From the IMG/VR virus record IMGVR_UViG_2663763220_000005: a stretch of DNA of 37,530 nt; one strand, 5' to 3'. The position numbers were made by a program, and so were the translations under genes. Position 1 is the first letter of the stretch. The number at the start of each line of letters is the position of its first letter. The notes below the pieces were generated by a model. It made no database searches. It saw only the letters and a program-made list of their open reading frames with translations, and was not told the DNA's origin. Below are positions 19,405 through 28,609 of this stretch, in pieces. This DNA is from a virus. Its lineage: Duplodnaviria; Heunggongvirae; Uroviricota; Caudoviricetes.

Positions 19405-21138
19405 TTAAAGCGAGCGGATCCCGTAGGACTCAATGTGGTCAGACAGCGTGTCTTCTTTCTCGTACAGCATGGCTCTGCCAACCGCCATAATCAGCGCAAC
19501 TGCACCGTCAATTTTGTTTTCCGCCTGCTCCTTGACAGGCTTCACCACATCATCGTTACCCGGCATGTTTTTGCCGACCACGTTGCCGATACACCAGGTC
19601 ATGATGGGATTGCCGTCATGATGAAAACGTCCCGATTCAATCGCTGCTTCCAGCTCTTTCATCGGATCGGACATATTGGTGAAGTTCTGGACGATAGTGA
19701 CGGGATTCAGGTCTTCATCAGCAAGGTCATGTGAGAGCCCGGTCGCCCCGAAGGGGTCGATGGGTGACTCGCTGACCGGGCTGATTTTGTTCGCCGCTTT
19801 GGCCTCTTCGAGGATGTAGCGATAATCCACCTCTGCACCATCGGTAACGGTCAGGACGCCCATTTCCACCCATTTCTGAAAGCGTTCGGCGGTCCGGCGA
19901 TCTTCAGTTTTCTCGACGCTGTACACCGTGTCATACGGTACCCAGAAACGCGGGGCCACACTGTAGTAATGCGTTTTACCGTCAATCTCACGGGTATAAA
20001 GTCGCGCCATGCTGTTCATATCCAGCTTACGCGCCAGGTCAAAGGCCAGAATGCACGGCTGCCCCTCGAACTGCTCAAGGGTCAGTGATTTATCCTCGCA
20101 GCTCTGCCAGCTCACCAGGTTGAAATACGCCGAACGCGCCGACACCCAGATATTGAGGTGTTTTGTTTTAAAGACGTTTGCCAGACGGGCGTTATTTTTC
20201 GCACGCTGCTGCTGACTTAACAAAAATTCGCGATAAACCGACACGCCAATATTTGGATTGGCTTTTTCCAGCACCTGCGGGTCGGTCCAGTCATCGCCTT
20301 CGTCAACGGTATAGATGATCCCGAACAGTTCATCGTTGGGTACCGAACCGTTGAGCATCTCGATAACTTCCCGCCGCTTGTCGTAGCACGGCCCCTCAAT
20401 GTTGTACCCGGCGGTGGTGATGGCCCACATCAGTGGCTGACGTCGCGCGCCCATCCCGGTAAGCATCGTGGTATAAAGCGCATCGGTGGCGTGCTCGTGA
20501 TATTCATCCACCACGGCACAGTGGGGTGATGAACCATCACCGGGGTTACCGATCAGCGGTTCAAACCGCGCGCCATCCTCCGGACGGTTCATGTTTGAGG
20601 CGTTAACCTCAATCCCGAACGCTTCCGTCAGCATGGGTGTGCGTTTACACATCAGTCGCGCCGGGCGAAAGACTTCCCACGCCTGTTTCTCTGTCGTGGC
20701 ACCGGAATACACTTCCGCGCCAAACTCGTTATCACAGGCAAAACAATACAGGGCAACACCGGCAGAGATTGCCGATTTGCCGTTCTTACGGGGGATTTCG
20801 GTATACACCTCCCTGAAGCGGCGCAGCCGGGAGCCTTTATTGACCCAGCCAAACGCACAGCAGATCACAAAGAGCTGCCACGGTTCCAGTGTGATGGGCA
20901 TCCTCTTGAATGCCCACTCCCCCTTGGTGTGTGGCAACAGCTGAATAAATTTCGCGGCCCGTTCAGCCAGGTCCTTGTCGAAGCGGTAACGAAACGACTT
21001 ACTTTTTTCCGCCATCAGGTCATCAAGATGGCGCTGGCAGGCCTGAATCACAAACTGGCAGGCCACAATCTTTCCGCGCACGACATCACGGGCATACTGA
21101 TTGGCAGCATTTACGTTGGGGTAAGATTTCCGGCTCAT
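19405..21138 (-). CDS. terL: Terminase large subunit
   Basis: 577 aa with an N-terminal ATPase region and C-terminal nuclease region; start overlaps the terS stop. Confidence 0.9.
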   Translation of the reverse strand: MSRKSYPNVNAANQYARDVVRGKIVACQFVIQACQRHLDDLMAEKSKSFRYRFDKDLAERAAKFIQLLPHTKGEWAFKRMPITLEPWQLFVICCAFGWVNKGSRLRRFREVYTEIPRKNGKSAISAGVALYCFACDNEFGAEVYSGATTEKQAWEVFRPARLMCKRTPMLTEAFGIEVNASNMNRPEDGARFEPLIGNPGDGSSPHCAVVDEYHEHATDALYTTMLTGMGARRQPLMWAITTAGYNIEGPCYDKRREVIEMLNGSVPNDELFGIIYTVDEGDDWTDPQVLEKANPNIGVSVYREFLLSQQQRAKNNARLANVFKTKHLNIWVSARSAYFNLVSWQSCEDKSLTLEQFEGQPCILAFDLARKLDMNSMARLYTREIDGKTHYYSVAPRFWVPYDTVYSVEKTEDRRTAERFQKWVEMGVLTVTDGAEVDYRYILEEAKAANKISPVSESPIDPFGATGLSHDLADEDLNPVTIVQNFTNMSDPMKELEAAIESGRFHHDGNPIMTWCIGNVVGKNMPGNDDVVKPVKEQAENKIDGAVALIMAVGRAMLYEKEDTLSDHIESYGIRSL

Positions 21139-21622
21139 GATTCGATGATTTTCAGAAACGGGTTAGTGGCTTTCTTCTGCCCCGCCAGGCCAATCAGACG
21201 CTGGCGGCTGCTGGGGTCGAGTCCGAGCATTGCCCCCGTGCTGCTCATCTCGGACTCCTGTTCTTTCTTGGCGGTCAGCTCCGGATTTTTAACCATGCCA
21301 CCCATTGCACCGGTGATGGTGTTGCCCTGTCTGGCAATATTTTTCACGGCACGTCGCCAGAACTCATAGGCCACGCACCACCGCTCAAGTACCGCAAGGT
21401 CAGTCACGCACAGCAGGCCCTGACCGCAGAGTTCTTTGGTTGTCAGTTGCCACATGATCGTGGCGAGAGGGAGATCTTCTTCTGCGAACCACTCCGGTGG
21501 CTCAACACCTTTGATGGGCGTAAAAACAGGTTCATCTTTGTTCAGGGCTCGCTTGCCGGGGTTTCCGGCCAGCGCCTTGCGCGCCGTTGGCTTGGGGCGA
21601 CGCCCGGAACGCCCCGCCGTTC
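21135..21622 (-). CDS. terS: Terminase small subunit, 5'-incomplete (N-terminus runs into the N gap)
   Basis: The reading frame stays open upstream of the Met at 21455 through ...[24 protein letters not shown]... to the edge of the N run. Confidence 0.7.
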
Positions 21623-21728
21623 NNNNNNNNNNNNNNNNNNNNNNNNNNNNNNNNNNNNNNNNNNNNNNNNNNNNNNNNNNNNNNNNNNNNNNNNNNNNNN
21701 NNNNNNNNNNNNNNNNNNNNNNNNNNNN
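21623..21728. other. Assembly/scaffold gap (106 N)
   Basis: Run of N characters. Confidence 1.
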
Positions 21729-21811
21729 AAAACGACGGGGCGGGCAGTCCGGAAGACGTCAGGTCACAGGGATTTGACCCGCCCCTCCCCTCTGGCAGTG
21801 GGAACTGGTTC

Positions 21812-22162
21812 TTACTTCAACCGTTCACGGGCCGTCTTCGCCTTATGACACGGCCAGCACAGGCTCTGCAGATTGCTGTCGGCATCAGTGCCGCCATGCG
21901 CTTTAGGGATGATGTGGTCAACGGTTTTCGCCTCACGTACCACACCACCACGCAGACATAACTGACACAGTCCTTTGTCACGCTTGAGCACACGTTCACG
22001 GATAACATCCCATTTCGAACCATAACCGCGCTGGTGTCTGGACTGGCCCGGCTTGTATTGCTTCCAGCCTTCACTTTTGTGGCTTTCGCAATAGCCTGAC
22101 GGGTCAGTTGTGGTATGGCGGCAGCCGCGAACACGGCAGGCTTTTGGGGTTCGTGGTGGCAT
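21812..22162 (-). CDS. HNH endonuclease (terminase-associated)
   Basis: C-terminal CQLC...HIIPKAHGG...CWPCH motif; start chosen at the internal ATG (22162) with a GGAG RBS, downstream of the terminator hairpin. Confidence 0.8.
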   Translation of the reverse strand: MPPRTPKACRVRGCRHTTTDPSGYCESHKSEGWKQYKPGQSRHQRGYGSKWDVIRERVLKRDKGLCQLCLRGGVVREAKTVDHIIPKAHGGTDADSNLQSLCWPCHKAKTARERLK

Positions 22163-22172
22163 GCTGGCTCCA

Positions 22173-22196
22173 ATAAAAAGCCCCGCGACGCGAGGC
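22173..22196 (-). terminator. Rho-independent terminator between the lysis-region cargo and the HNH/terminase genes
   Basis: Minus-strand GC-rich hairpin (GCCTCGCG...CGCGGGGC, one mismatch) followed by TTTTTAT. Confidence 0.5.
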
Positions 22197-22227
22197 TTAG
22201 ACAGAAAAAACACCGGATAAGATCTGG

Positions 22228-22431
22228 TCATTCTTCCTTTTTAATAATGACTTCTCGAGGGCGCAATTGTTGGATAGCACGACAAATACAATATGGAATA
22301 ACTGCCCATGCTACTCCCATTGCTGCACCTGCAGCCTGTTGTGGAGCACTCTGAGCACCGAAAACCCCGAGGATTCCTTCAATAAATCCAATAGCACTAC
22401 ACAAAAGACTGATGACCCAGAGAATTTTCAT
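22228..22431 (-). CDS. Small membrane protein (67 aa, two predicted TM helices), function unknown
   Basis: MKILWVISLLCSAIGFIEGILGVFGAQSAPQQAAGAAMGVAWAVIPYCICRAI; AAGGAG RBS about 9 nt upstream of the ATG; AT-rich. Confidence 0.5.
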   Translation of the reverse strand: MKILWVISLLCSAIGFIEGILGVFGAQSAPQQAAGAAMGVAWAVIPYCICRAIQQLRPREVIIKKEE

Positions 22432-22548
22432 AAACCCAAACTCCTTTTAAATAAACACATTACTAGGATAATTCTCATAAAATGTTAGTAAAGTATTTTC
22501 AGGAAAATAGCGTATCACTGCCTATTTTTGACACTGATGCTGGGATAA

Positions 22549-22923
22549 TTATTCCGATCGCTGGAGTTGCTCATGATGATACAGAGCGAGAATCAGGTCA
22601 TAAGACCCTTGCCTGTCTTTGTAACCAGTTTTATCAACCAATTCAGCTTTACTGATTCCGGGTAAATCAAGAATCAGATTCGCAACTTCAATTGCCCTTT
22701 GGTACAACTTACCGCCTTTTTTCTCCCCATGCAGTGGTTTTACATTCTTCAGGTAACCGCTATCCGCCAGGGCGAGAAATGTTGCCCTTGGGCATATCTT
22801 CTTTCTTGACGATTCGCTTTCTGTAACCTCTGCGATAGCTGCATCCCATGCATCACGAGGAGTCATTGAGCTATCAGCCACCAAATGATAAGCGATTAAA
22901 GCAACGTGAGCGTATTGAGACAT
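22549..22923 (-). CDS. Hypothetical cargo protein (about 124 aa) downstream of Rz
   Basis: ORF of moderate GC with a start at the internal Met (MSQYAHVALIAYHLV...); I recognise no family. Confidence 0.45.
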   Translation of the reverse strand: MSQYAHVALIAYHLVADSSMTPRDAWDAAIAEVTESESSRKKICPRATFLALADSGYLKNVKPLHGEKKGGKLYQRAIEVANLILDLPGISKAELVDKTGYKDRQGSYDLILALYHHEQLQRSE

Positions 22924-22961
22924 AATGCATCCATATACAAAAATCTTATGATAAGACTTTT

Positions 22962-23417
22962 CTAATATGAACACTGTGATCTCACATATTCTTGCAGGCC
23001 ATTCAATTGGTTAGTTATGGTTTCGATGCGCTCTCTGAGAACGAAATAATCCCGTTGAGCGGTGTCAGTAAGTCTGGGGCTGGAAGCATCATCCACGCCG
23101 GAGGCGGCGGTGGTTTTATGCTTGTCCGGACAGACTGCTTTGACGTGCAGCCACTTACGACCAGCAGAAACATCAGCACGAAGACTTTCGATAGTCGCGT
23201 TAGCATCAGCAAGCTCCTTTGTGTATCTGGCGTCGAGTTCAGCTACATCATGTTGACGCTTCTGCATGTCAGCGATGATGGATGTGGCTTTGTCGCGCTG
23301 TTCTTTGTAGGTCATGGCGTTATCACGGTAATGATTAACAGCCCATGACAGGCAGACGATGATGCTGATAACCAGAGCGGAGATAATCGCGGTTACTCTA
23401 CTCATTGTTGCCCCCAC
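22962..23417 (-). CDS. Rz i-spanin
   Basis: 151 aa with an N-terminal TM segment and coiled-coil periplasmic domain; the Rz1 ORF is embedded in an alternative frame. Confidence 0.8.
   Translation of the reverse strand: MGATMSRVTAIISALVISIIVCLSWAVNHYRDNAMTYKEQRDKATSIIADMQKRQHDVAELDARYTKELADANATIESLRADVSAGRKWLHVKAVCPDKHKTTAASGVDDASSPRLTDTAQRDYFVLRERIETITNQLNGLQEYVRSQCSY
23015..23212 (-). CDS. Rz1 o-spanin (outer-membrane lipoprotein embedded in Rz)
   Basis: 65 aa with signal peptide, lipobox VVSGC and a PPPPP stretch. Confidence 0.75.
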   Translation of the reverse strand: MLMLTRLSKVFVLMFLLVVSGCTSKQSVRTSIKPPPPPAWMMLPAPDLLTPLNGIISFSESASKP

Positions 23418-23899
23418 AAACAGACTTCACGCTCAATCTCACGGCGAGTCATCAGCCCTTTCCATTGCTTACCGCCAGCGTATGTCCAGCGCCGTAGCTG
23501 ATCACATGCGCCTTTGATATCGCCCTGGTTTATTTTGCGAAGAAGTGTCGATGTTCTGAAATTTCCAGCACCAACGTTGTAAACGAACGAGTAAAGAGCG
23601 CCGCGCGTTGTTTCCGGTATATCGACTTTGATGTACGGGTTAATTTGTCTGGCGACAGTGGCAAGGTCTTTATTCAGGAGGGCTTTGCATTCTGCTTCGG
23701 TATACGTTTTACCGAGCATAATGTCTTTTCCGGTATGCCCGTAACATACAGTCCATACACCAACGATATCTTTATATGGTATGTAGCTGACGCCTTCCAG
23801 ACCATCGTTACCACTTGGGCCAGTGATTAACACAGATGCTATAGCAATAGCCCCGCCACCAATAGCCGCAGCAACGGCTTTTCGTAATGATGGAGGCAT
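23402..23899 (-). CDS. SAR endolysin (lysozyme, phage 21 R-like)
   Basis: 165 aa; N-terminal signal-anchor-release segment ([18 protein letters not shown]) followed by a lysozyme domain. Confidence 0.85.
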   Translation of the reverse strand: MPPSLRKAVAAAIGGGAIAIASVLITGPSGNDGLEGVSYIPYKDIVGVWTVCYGHTGKDIMLGKTYTEAECKALLNKDLATVARQINPYIKVDIPETTRGALYSFVYNVGAGNFRTSTLLRKINQGDIKGACDQLRRWTYAGGKQWKGLMTRREIEREVCLWGQQ

Positions 23900-24114
23900 T
23901 ATTCACCTCTCGCAGCCTTGCGCTTATCTTCTTTAATCTTGAAATAAAGGTTTGTCAGGTACGTCAGCAGGCCAAATACCAGGCTACCCAGCACACCTAT
24001 TGCTGCCCACTGTGAGGGCGTGACTTTATCGAGCAGCTGTAAAAACCAGTAGCCAGCACTGCCTGCGGAGGTGCCGTAGGCAATGCCCGTTGTTAACTTA
24101 TCCATAGATTTCAT
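23899..24114 (-). CDS. Pinholin (phage 21 S-like class II holin) with dual-start motif
   Basis: 71 aa, [26 protein letters not shown]... with two TM segments; Met1-Lys-Ser-Met4 dual start. Confidence 0.85.
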   Translation of the reverse strand: MKSMDKLTTGIAYGTSAGSAGYWFLQLLDKVTPSQWAAIGVLGSLVFGLLTYLTNLYFKIKEDKRKAARGE

Positions 24115-24302
24115 AGCCTCACCTCCGCAAATAACGGATGGTGTACACGGTTCGGAACGAAGAGGAAAGGTATAGAAGTTACATTAGCGTAAGGCTTGAA
24201 CATCTATTCAAAAAGAAAAACGCCAGCGATTATTCTGGCGTAGCTGAAAGCATCATACAATTATCAAATACGAAAATTACAAAATCATTAAAACGCATCA
24301 CG

Positions 24303-25043
24303 TTACATCATGTCTTTTTCTAAAAAAAATCTTGATGAATATTGATGGGGAGGAACACCAAAATATCTTCTGAAAACACTCACAAAATATGACGTGTTTT
24401 CATAACCGCATATCTCAGCAACTTTTCCAACAGAATATAAATTGTAGCTTAATAACCTTTCCGCCATCACCATTCGCTCTTCAAGAATTAACTTACTAAA
24501 TGATAAGCCTTCGTGCTTTAATTTTCTTTTTAACAGACTTTCACTCAGATACAGTCTTGAAGATATATCACAAAGTCTCCATGCTGCAGATATATCCGTG
24601 TGAATAATAGCCTTAACTTTACTTCCTAAACTATTAAGACATCCAAATAAAAAACTTTGCACTATTTTCTCTGAAGATAAGATAGCAAGACATGCAAGTG
24701 ATATTTGATTTCTAACAAAATCCACAGTTCTGCCATCACAATTCAAGCATGCAATCAAGTTCTTTAACAATGAAAAATCTTCACATTCCACCATCAAGTA
24801 TGCCGGATAAAACCTTCTTACAGAAAAAGGTGAGAGTGTGTTGCTTTTAAAGAAATCATTAACTGTTTTCTCTTCAACATCTACGATCATTACATGATCT
24901 ATATTTGATGAAAAAAAATCTTTTAAATTGTAATCAATGAGAACAGCACTTCCTTTTTTAAACAAAATATCTTCTTTACCAATTCGGACATCAAACGAGT
25001 TCAACACCAAAATGATAGAACATATGTATGGCATATTATCCAC
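24303..25043 (-). CDS. AraC-family transcriptional regulator (AppY/GadX-like)
   Basis: 246 aa, AT-rich; C-terminal HTH_AraC signature (KVAEICGYENTSYFVSVFRRYFGVPPHQY). Confidence 0.8.
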   Translation of the reverse strand: MDNMPYICSIILVLNSFDVRIGKEDILFKKGSAVLIDYNLKDFFSSNIDHVMIVDVEEKTVNDFFKSNTLSPFSVRRFYPAYLMVECEDFSLLKNLIACLNCDGRTVDFVRNQISLACLAILSSEKIVQSFLFGCLNSLGSKVKAIIHTDISAAWRLCDISSRLYLSESLLKRKLKHEGLSFSKLILEERMVMAERLLSYNLYSVGKVAEICGYENTSYFVSVFRRYFGVPPHQYSSRFFLEKDMM

Positions 25044-25385
25044 CTGATATCATTGGGGTTACACCAGGTAAGTATAGGTGGAAAATCAATATTCGCAAGT
25101 TCAACAATAAGGAAAATTTCATTGCATCACAAGTATAAAATTATGTATTTAACTCACAAAGACAAATTATTAAACCAATCTGTTATATTATATATAGCTG
25201 CGTGGAATCATAATATTATATATTTTGACTGGCATGTTTACCAACTTTAAGTTGCATCTCAATTGTTTCTTCAGCGTAAACAGAGTTTTTATACAAACTG
25301 ACACTCTGGGTATCATAGTGTAGTTTTTACGATTGTAAATATCCTGCATGCAGGAACTCATCCTTTTGGATGATATCGCATACAA

Positions 25386-26345
25386 TTAATTTACCATCAG
25401 TCTTAGAGCCAGTTCGTCCGGATAGGGATCGAAGTAATTCTGTGTAAGCAAGTAATCATTAGGATACTCACCCAGATAATGCTTCAGCAGAGTCAACGGC
25501 GCAAGAAGAGGTAATGTGCCAGAACGATAGTTAAGTATAACCTCGCTCAACTCTTTACGCTGGCGTGTACTTAAGTAGTTACTAAAATACCCCTGTATAT
25601 GCATCAGCACATTCGTGTGATTTTTACGTGATGCAGGTTTTCTGAGAATCGCCATCAGCTTATCACGATACACCTCAAAGTATGATTCAAGGTCCGCCCA
25701 CTCGTGTATTGCAGCCACAAATGGTCCCATATCTTTATAGCCTGCCTGACTATGCGCCAACAACTGAAGCTTATAACGACTATGAAAAGCTAATAACTCT
25801 CTTCTTGATAATTTCTCCTTGTAAAGGTGATTGAGCTCATGCAAAGCAAAAACTCTTTCAACAAAATTCTCACGAAGCACTGGATCATGTAATCGCCCAT
25901 CCTCTTCAACCGGTAGCCAGGAAAACTTTTCCATCAAAGTACTCGTAAATAGTCCCACTCCATCTTTACGACCTCGATTACCATTTTCATCATAGACACG
26001 CACGCGCTCCATGCCACAGCTGGGAGATTTAGCACAAACCACAAACCCCGATACATCCTTTAATTTGTCCATATAAGAACGACTAAACTCTGTCATTCTC
26101 TCTGTCACATCCTCATTCTGGTCGTGGCTGAAACACATCCGTATATTTCCTTGCGTCGAGCGCACAAGACGTAGAGCAGGACGCGGAACTGGCAGCCCTA
26201 TAGCCATTTCCGGACATACTGGTCTGAATGTTACCCATTCCACTAATTTGTCCATTAAAAAGTCAGCTCTTTTGTGACCACCATCAAAACGAACAGCAGA
26301 ACCGGCCAAACAACCGCTGATTCCAATCACAGGTTTTTTTATCAT
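25386..26345 (-). CDS. DUF523 (TudS-like putative Fe-S thiouracil desulfidase) - DUF1722 (YbgA-like) fusion protein
   Basis: 319 aa; N-terminal GISGCLAGSAVRFDGGHK cysteine motif of DUF523, C-terminal half resembling YbgA. Confidence 0.65.
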   Translation of the reverse strand: MIKKPVIGISGCLAGSAVRFDGGHKRADFLMDKLVEWVTFRPVCPEMAIGLPVPRPALRLVRSTQGNIRMCFSHDQNEDVTERMTEFSRSYMDKLKDVSGFVVCAKSPSCGMERVRVYDENGNRGRKDGVGLFTSTLMEKFSWLPVEEDGRLHDPVLRENFVERVFALHELNHLYKEKLSRRELLAFHSRYKLQLLAHSQAGYKDMGPFVAAIHEWADLESYFEVYRDKLMAILRKPASRKNHTNVLMHIQGYFSNYLSTRQRKELSEVILNYRSGTLPLLAPLTLLKHYLGEYPNDYLLTQNYFDPYPDELALRLMVN

Positions 26346-26537
26346 ATTCTCCCCCTTGACTAATTCATTAACACATAAACTGTGTAGTGCACGGAATAAA
26401 TTGCCTTTCTGGCGTCATCACTGACAATTTTTCTGTTATGGACTATTCCTAATATAGTATGAAAGTTCTTTAAGTGATCGGTCGTAATCATCTATCTTTC
26501 ATACTTACTCTCAACTATCAAAAGTACAGGATTTATT

Positions 26538-27062
26538 ATGAAGTTATGGCCTGTGTTGACTGGCATTGCACTCTCTTTCACTCTTATAGCATGTAAGGCC
26601 CCGACACCACCTAAAGGTGTGCAGCCGATTACAAATTTTGACGCCAACCGCTACCTCGGAAAATGGTATGAAATAGCTCGCCTCGAGAACCGGTTCGAAC
26701 GTGATCTGGAACAGGTCAGCGCTACTTATGGAAAACGGAACGACGGAGGGATTCGTGTACTTAACCGTGGATACGATCCAACGAAAAATAAATGGAGCGA
26801 GAGCGAAGGTAAAGCATACTTTACTGGAGATACTAAAACTGCAGCATTGAAGGTTTCGTTTTTTGGCCCCTTCTATGGTGGCTATAATGTAATCAAACTG
26901 GATGATGAGTATAAGTATGCTCTTGTCAGTGGTCCGAACAGAGAATACCTATGGATTCTGGCAAGGACCCCAACTATTCCAGATAAAGTAAAAGCAGACT
27001 ATGTGCGAACCGCTCAAAAGTTGGGATTCAATGTCAATGAATTATTATGGGTTAAACAATAA
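26538..27062 (+). CDS. blc: Bacterial lipocalin Blc (outer-membrane lipoprotein)
   Basis: 174 aa; signal peptide with lipobox LIAC and the lipocalin motifs NFDANRYLGKWYEIARLENRFE and YLWILARTP. Confidence 0.85.
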   Translation: MKLWPVLTGIALSFTLIACKAPTPPKGVQPITNFDANRYLGKWYEIARLENRFERDLEQVSATYGKRNDGGIRVLNRGYDPTKNKWSESEGKAYFTGDTKTAALKVSFFGPFYGGYNVIKLDDEYKYALVSGPNREYLWILARTPTIPDKVKADYVRTAQKLGFNVNELLWVKQ

Positions 27063-27090
27063 AATCCCTACCCGAAATAATACTTATTAG

Positions 27091-27117
27091 AAAAAAACCA
27101 GCCTTTGGGGAGGCTGG
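27091..27117 (-). terminator. Rho-independent terminator downstream of Q (tR'-like)
   Basis: Minus-strand CCAGCC-N8-GGCTGG hairpin followed by TTTTTTT, about 100 nt downstream of the Q stop. Confidence 0.6.
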
Positions 27118-27217
27118 CTAAATCAGGAAACAAGCTGTTATATGGTAATAACTACGTTGCGATTCCAACATTTAAAATGTTAGACTAATGACAATCAGAC
27201 AGCAACTTTTCCTTTAA

Positions 27218-27595
27218 TTATTTCGAACAATCAGCATCCATCTCCAATCGGAGATCCAACACCATCAGCATACCCTCCACTACGCCCTCAGCTTTCTGGA
27301 GCATCCTGCCAACCCAACAATCAGATCGCCCATGCTTACGTGCAAGCGCCATAAAAGTCATGCCGCCGACATAATAGTCCACCAATAAATCATGCAAATC
27401 GCTGTTGTTCTTTTTCAGACGGGCCATGCACCCGCAAATGATCATCGCGTCATCGTCACAACATTGTGGGCGAGATTTTACTTTTGAAGGAATTAATCCC
27501 TTAAAACCGGCGGCAATGGACGACCAGGTCACATCTTCATGATTATTAGCCGCCCACGCTCCCCAACGCTCAAGAACCATCTGAATATCACGCAT
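27218..27595 (-). CDS. Q: Late-gene antiterminator Q (QuuD-like)
   Basis: [34 protein letters not shown]... matches the DLP12 QuuD-type Q family as I recall it; GGAG RBS upstream of the ATG at 27595. Confidence 0.85.
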   Translation of the reverse strand: MRDIQMVLERWGAWAANNHEDVTWSSIAAGFKGLIPSKVKSRPQCCDDDAMIICGCMARLKKNNSDLHDLLVDYYVGGMTFMALARKHGRSDCWVGRMLQKAEGVVEGMLMVLDLRLEMDADCSK

Positions 27596-27612
27596 CAACT
27601 TTCTCCACAAAA

Positions 27613-28608
27613 TCAGGCCAGCACGCCAGTTGCCAGCGCACGATCGATAAAACGAAATATCAACTCCAGCTGGGAGCCATACTTCTCTTCAAATGCCGCG
27701 GTATCCGCATGCAGCTCGTCGTGATGCTTTCTGCACAAAGGCAATACAAAGAGGTCATGCGCTTTTGTACCCATTCCGCCCTGACCGTGGCCTATCAGGT
27801 GGTGGGGATCATCAGCAGGCTTTCCACAACATGCACACGGCTGTGTCTTAACCCAGCGCGTGTACTTTTCGTTAACCCAGCGGCGACGTTTTGGGCGTAA
27901 CATAAAAGACTCCGGCGACTCCGGATCCACTTTCAGCGCCAGCACCTTTTTCACTTTATCCTGGATGATGCTGGTGGCAGGAACCGAAGGAACAAGGTCA
28001 CTTTCCCGGGTGACAGACGGCACAACAGGCTTCGGTAATCTCAGTGCCTTACGGGCTGCACTTTCCGGCAAGGCTCCCGCCAGGTCATTACGAACCAGCC
28101 ACCAGCACAGTTCCGGCATTGTCACAACGTGACTGTCATCAAAACCGAGATCCCGACGCACAACAGACAACACCCAGCGGGCACAGTTATCCGTTGCCAT
28201 TGATTCCAGCCGTTCCGTGAACTGATCGCGCAGCTGGTTATCGCAGTGCCAGCACAGACGGATTGCACCCGGCGCGTGTCGCATTGTGGTCATGTTCTCG
28301 CTGTGCCAGTCGGAATGAGGCCACTGGCAGCCTTTTTCACGAAGTAACCAGCTTTCAAGACATTCCACGCCACCAGCACGACGGATCACTGCCTCATTGC
28401 GGAACACGGCCCGAACGGCAGGATCATCCGCCAGCGGTTGTGATGCCGCCGGAACAGCACCACTGGCGAAAGATGAATAACGTTCCGGCTCAGGCTCCAG
28501 CAGGACACGCCCCTGCATAAACAGGGGCATCAGCTCTGAACCTGGTCTGAACAATACGATCCCCATACGCGGGGCAATTTCAGGGGTCAGTAGTGCTCTC
28601 ACGGTCAC
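27613..28608 (-). CDS. DUF968-family protein (YdfU-like) with C-terminal Cys/His zinc-binding motif
   Basis: 331 aa; C-terminal [16 protein letters not shown]...[12 protein letters not shown] motif. Confidence 0.65.
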   Translation of the reverse strand: MTVRALLTPEIAPRMGIVLFRPGSELMPLFMQGRVLLEPEPERYSSFASGAVPAASQPLADDPAVRAVFRNEAVIRRAGGVECLESWLLREKGCQWPHSDWHSENMTTMRHAPGAIRLCWHCDNQLRDQFTERLESMATDNCARWVLSVVRRDLGFDDSHVVTMPELCWWLVRNDLAGALPESAARKALRLPKPVVPSVTRESDLVPSVPATSIIQDKVKKVLALKVDPESPESFMLRPKRRRWVNEKYTRWVKTQPCACCGKPADDPHHLIGHGQGGMGTKAHDLFVLPLCRKHHDELHADTAAFEEKYGSQLELIFRFIDRALATGVLA

Positions 28609-28609
28609 C

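Noticed and set aside
22115-22354. 79-aa plus-strand ORF across the HNH start and terminator
   Set aside because: Spans a terminator hairpin and the start of a minus-strand gene; no coding signal.
25053-25385. Two short ORFs (about 65 aa each) in the intergenic region upstream of the AraC-like gene
   Set aside because: Very AT-rich non-coding promoter region; low-complexity translations; ORFs overlap each other on opposite strands.
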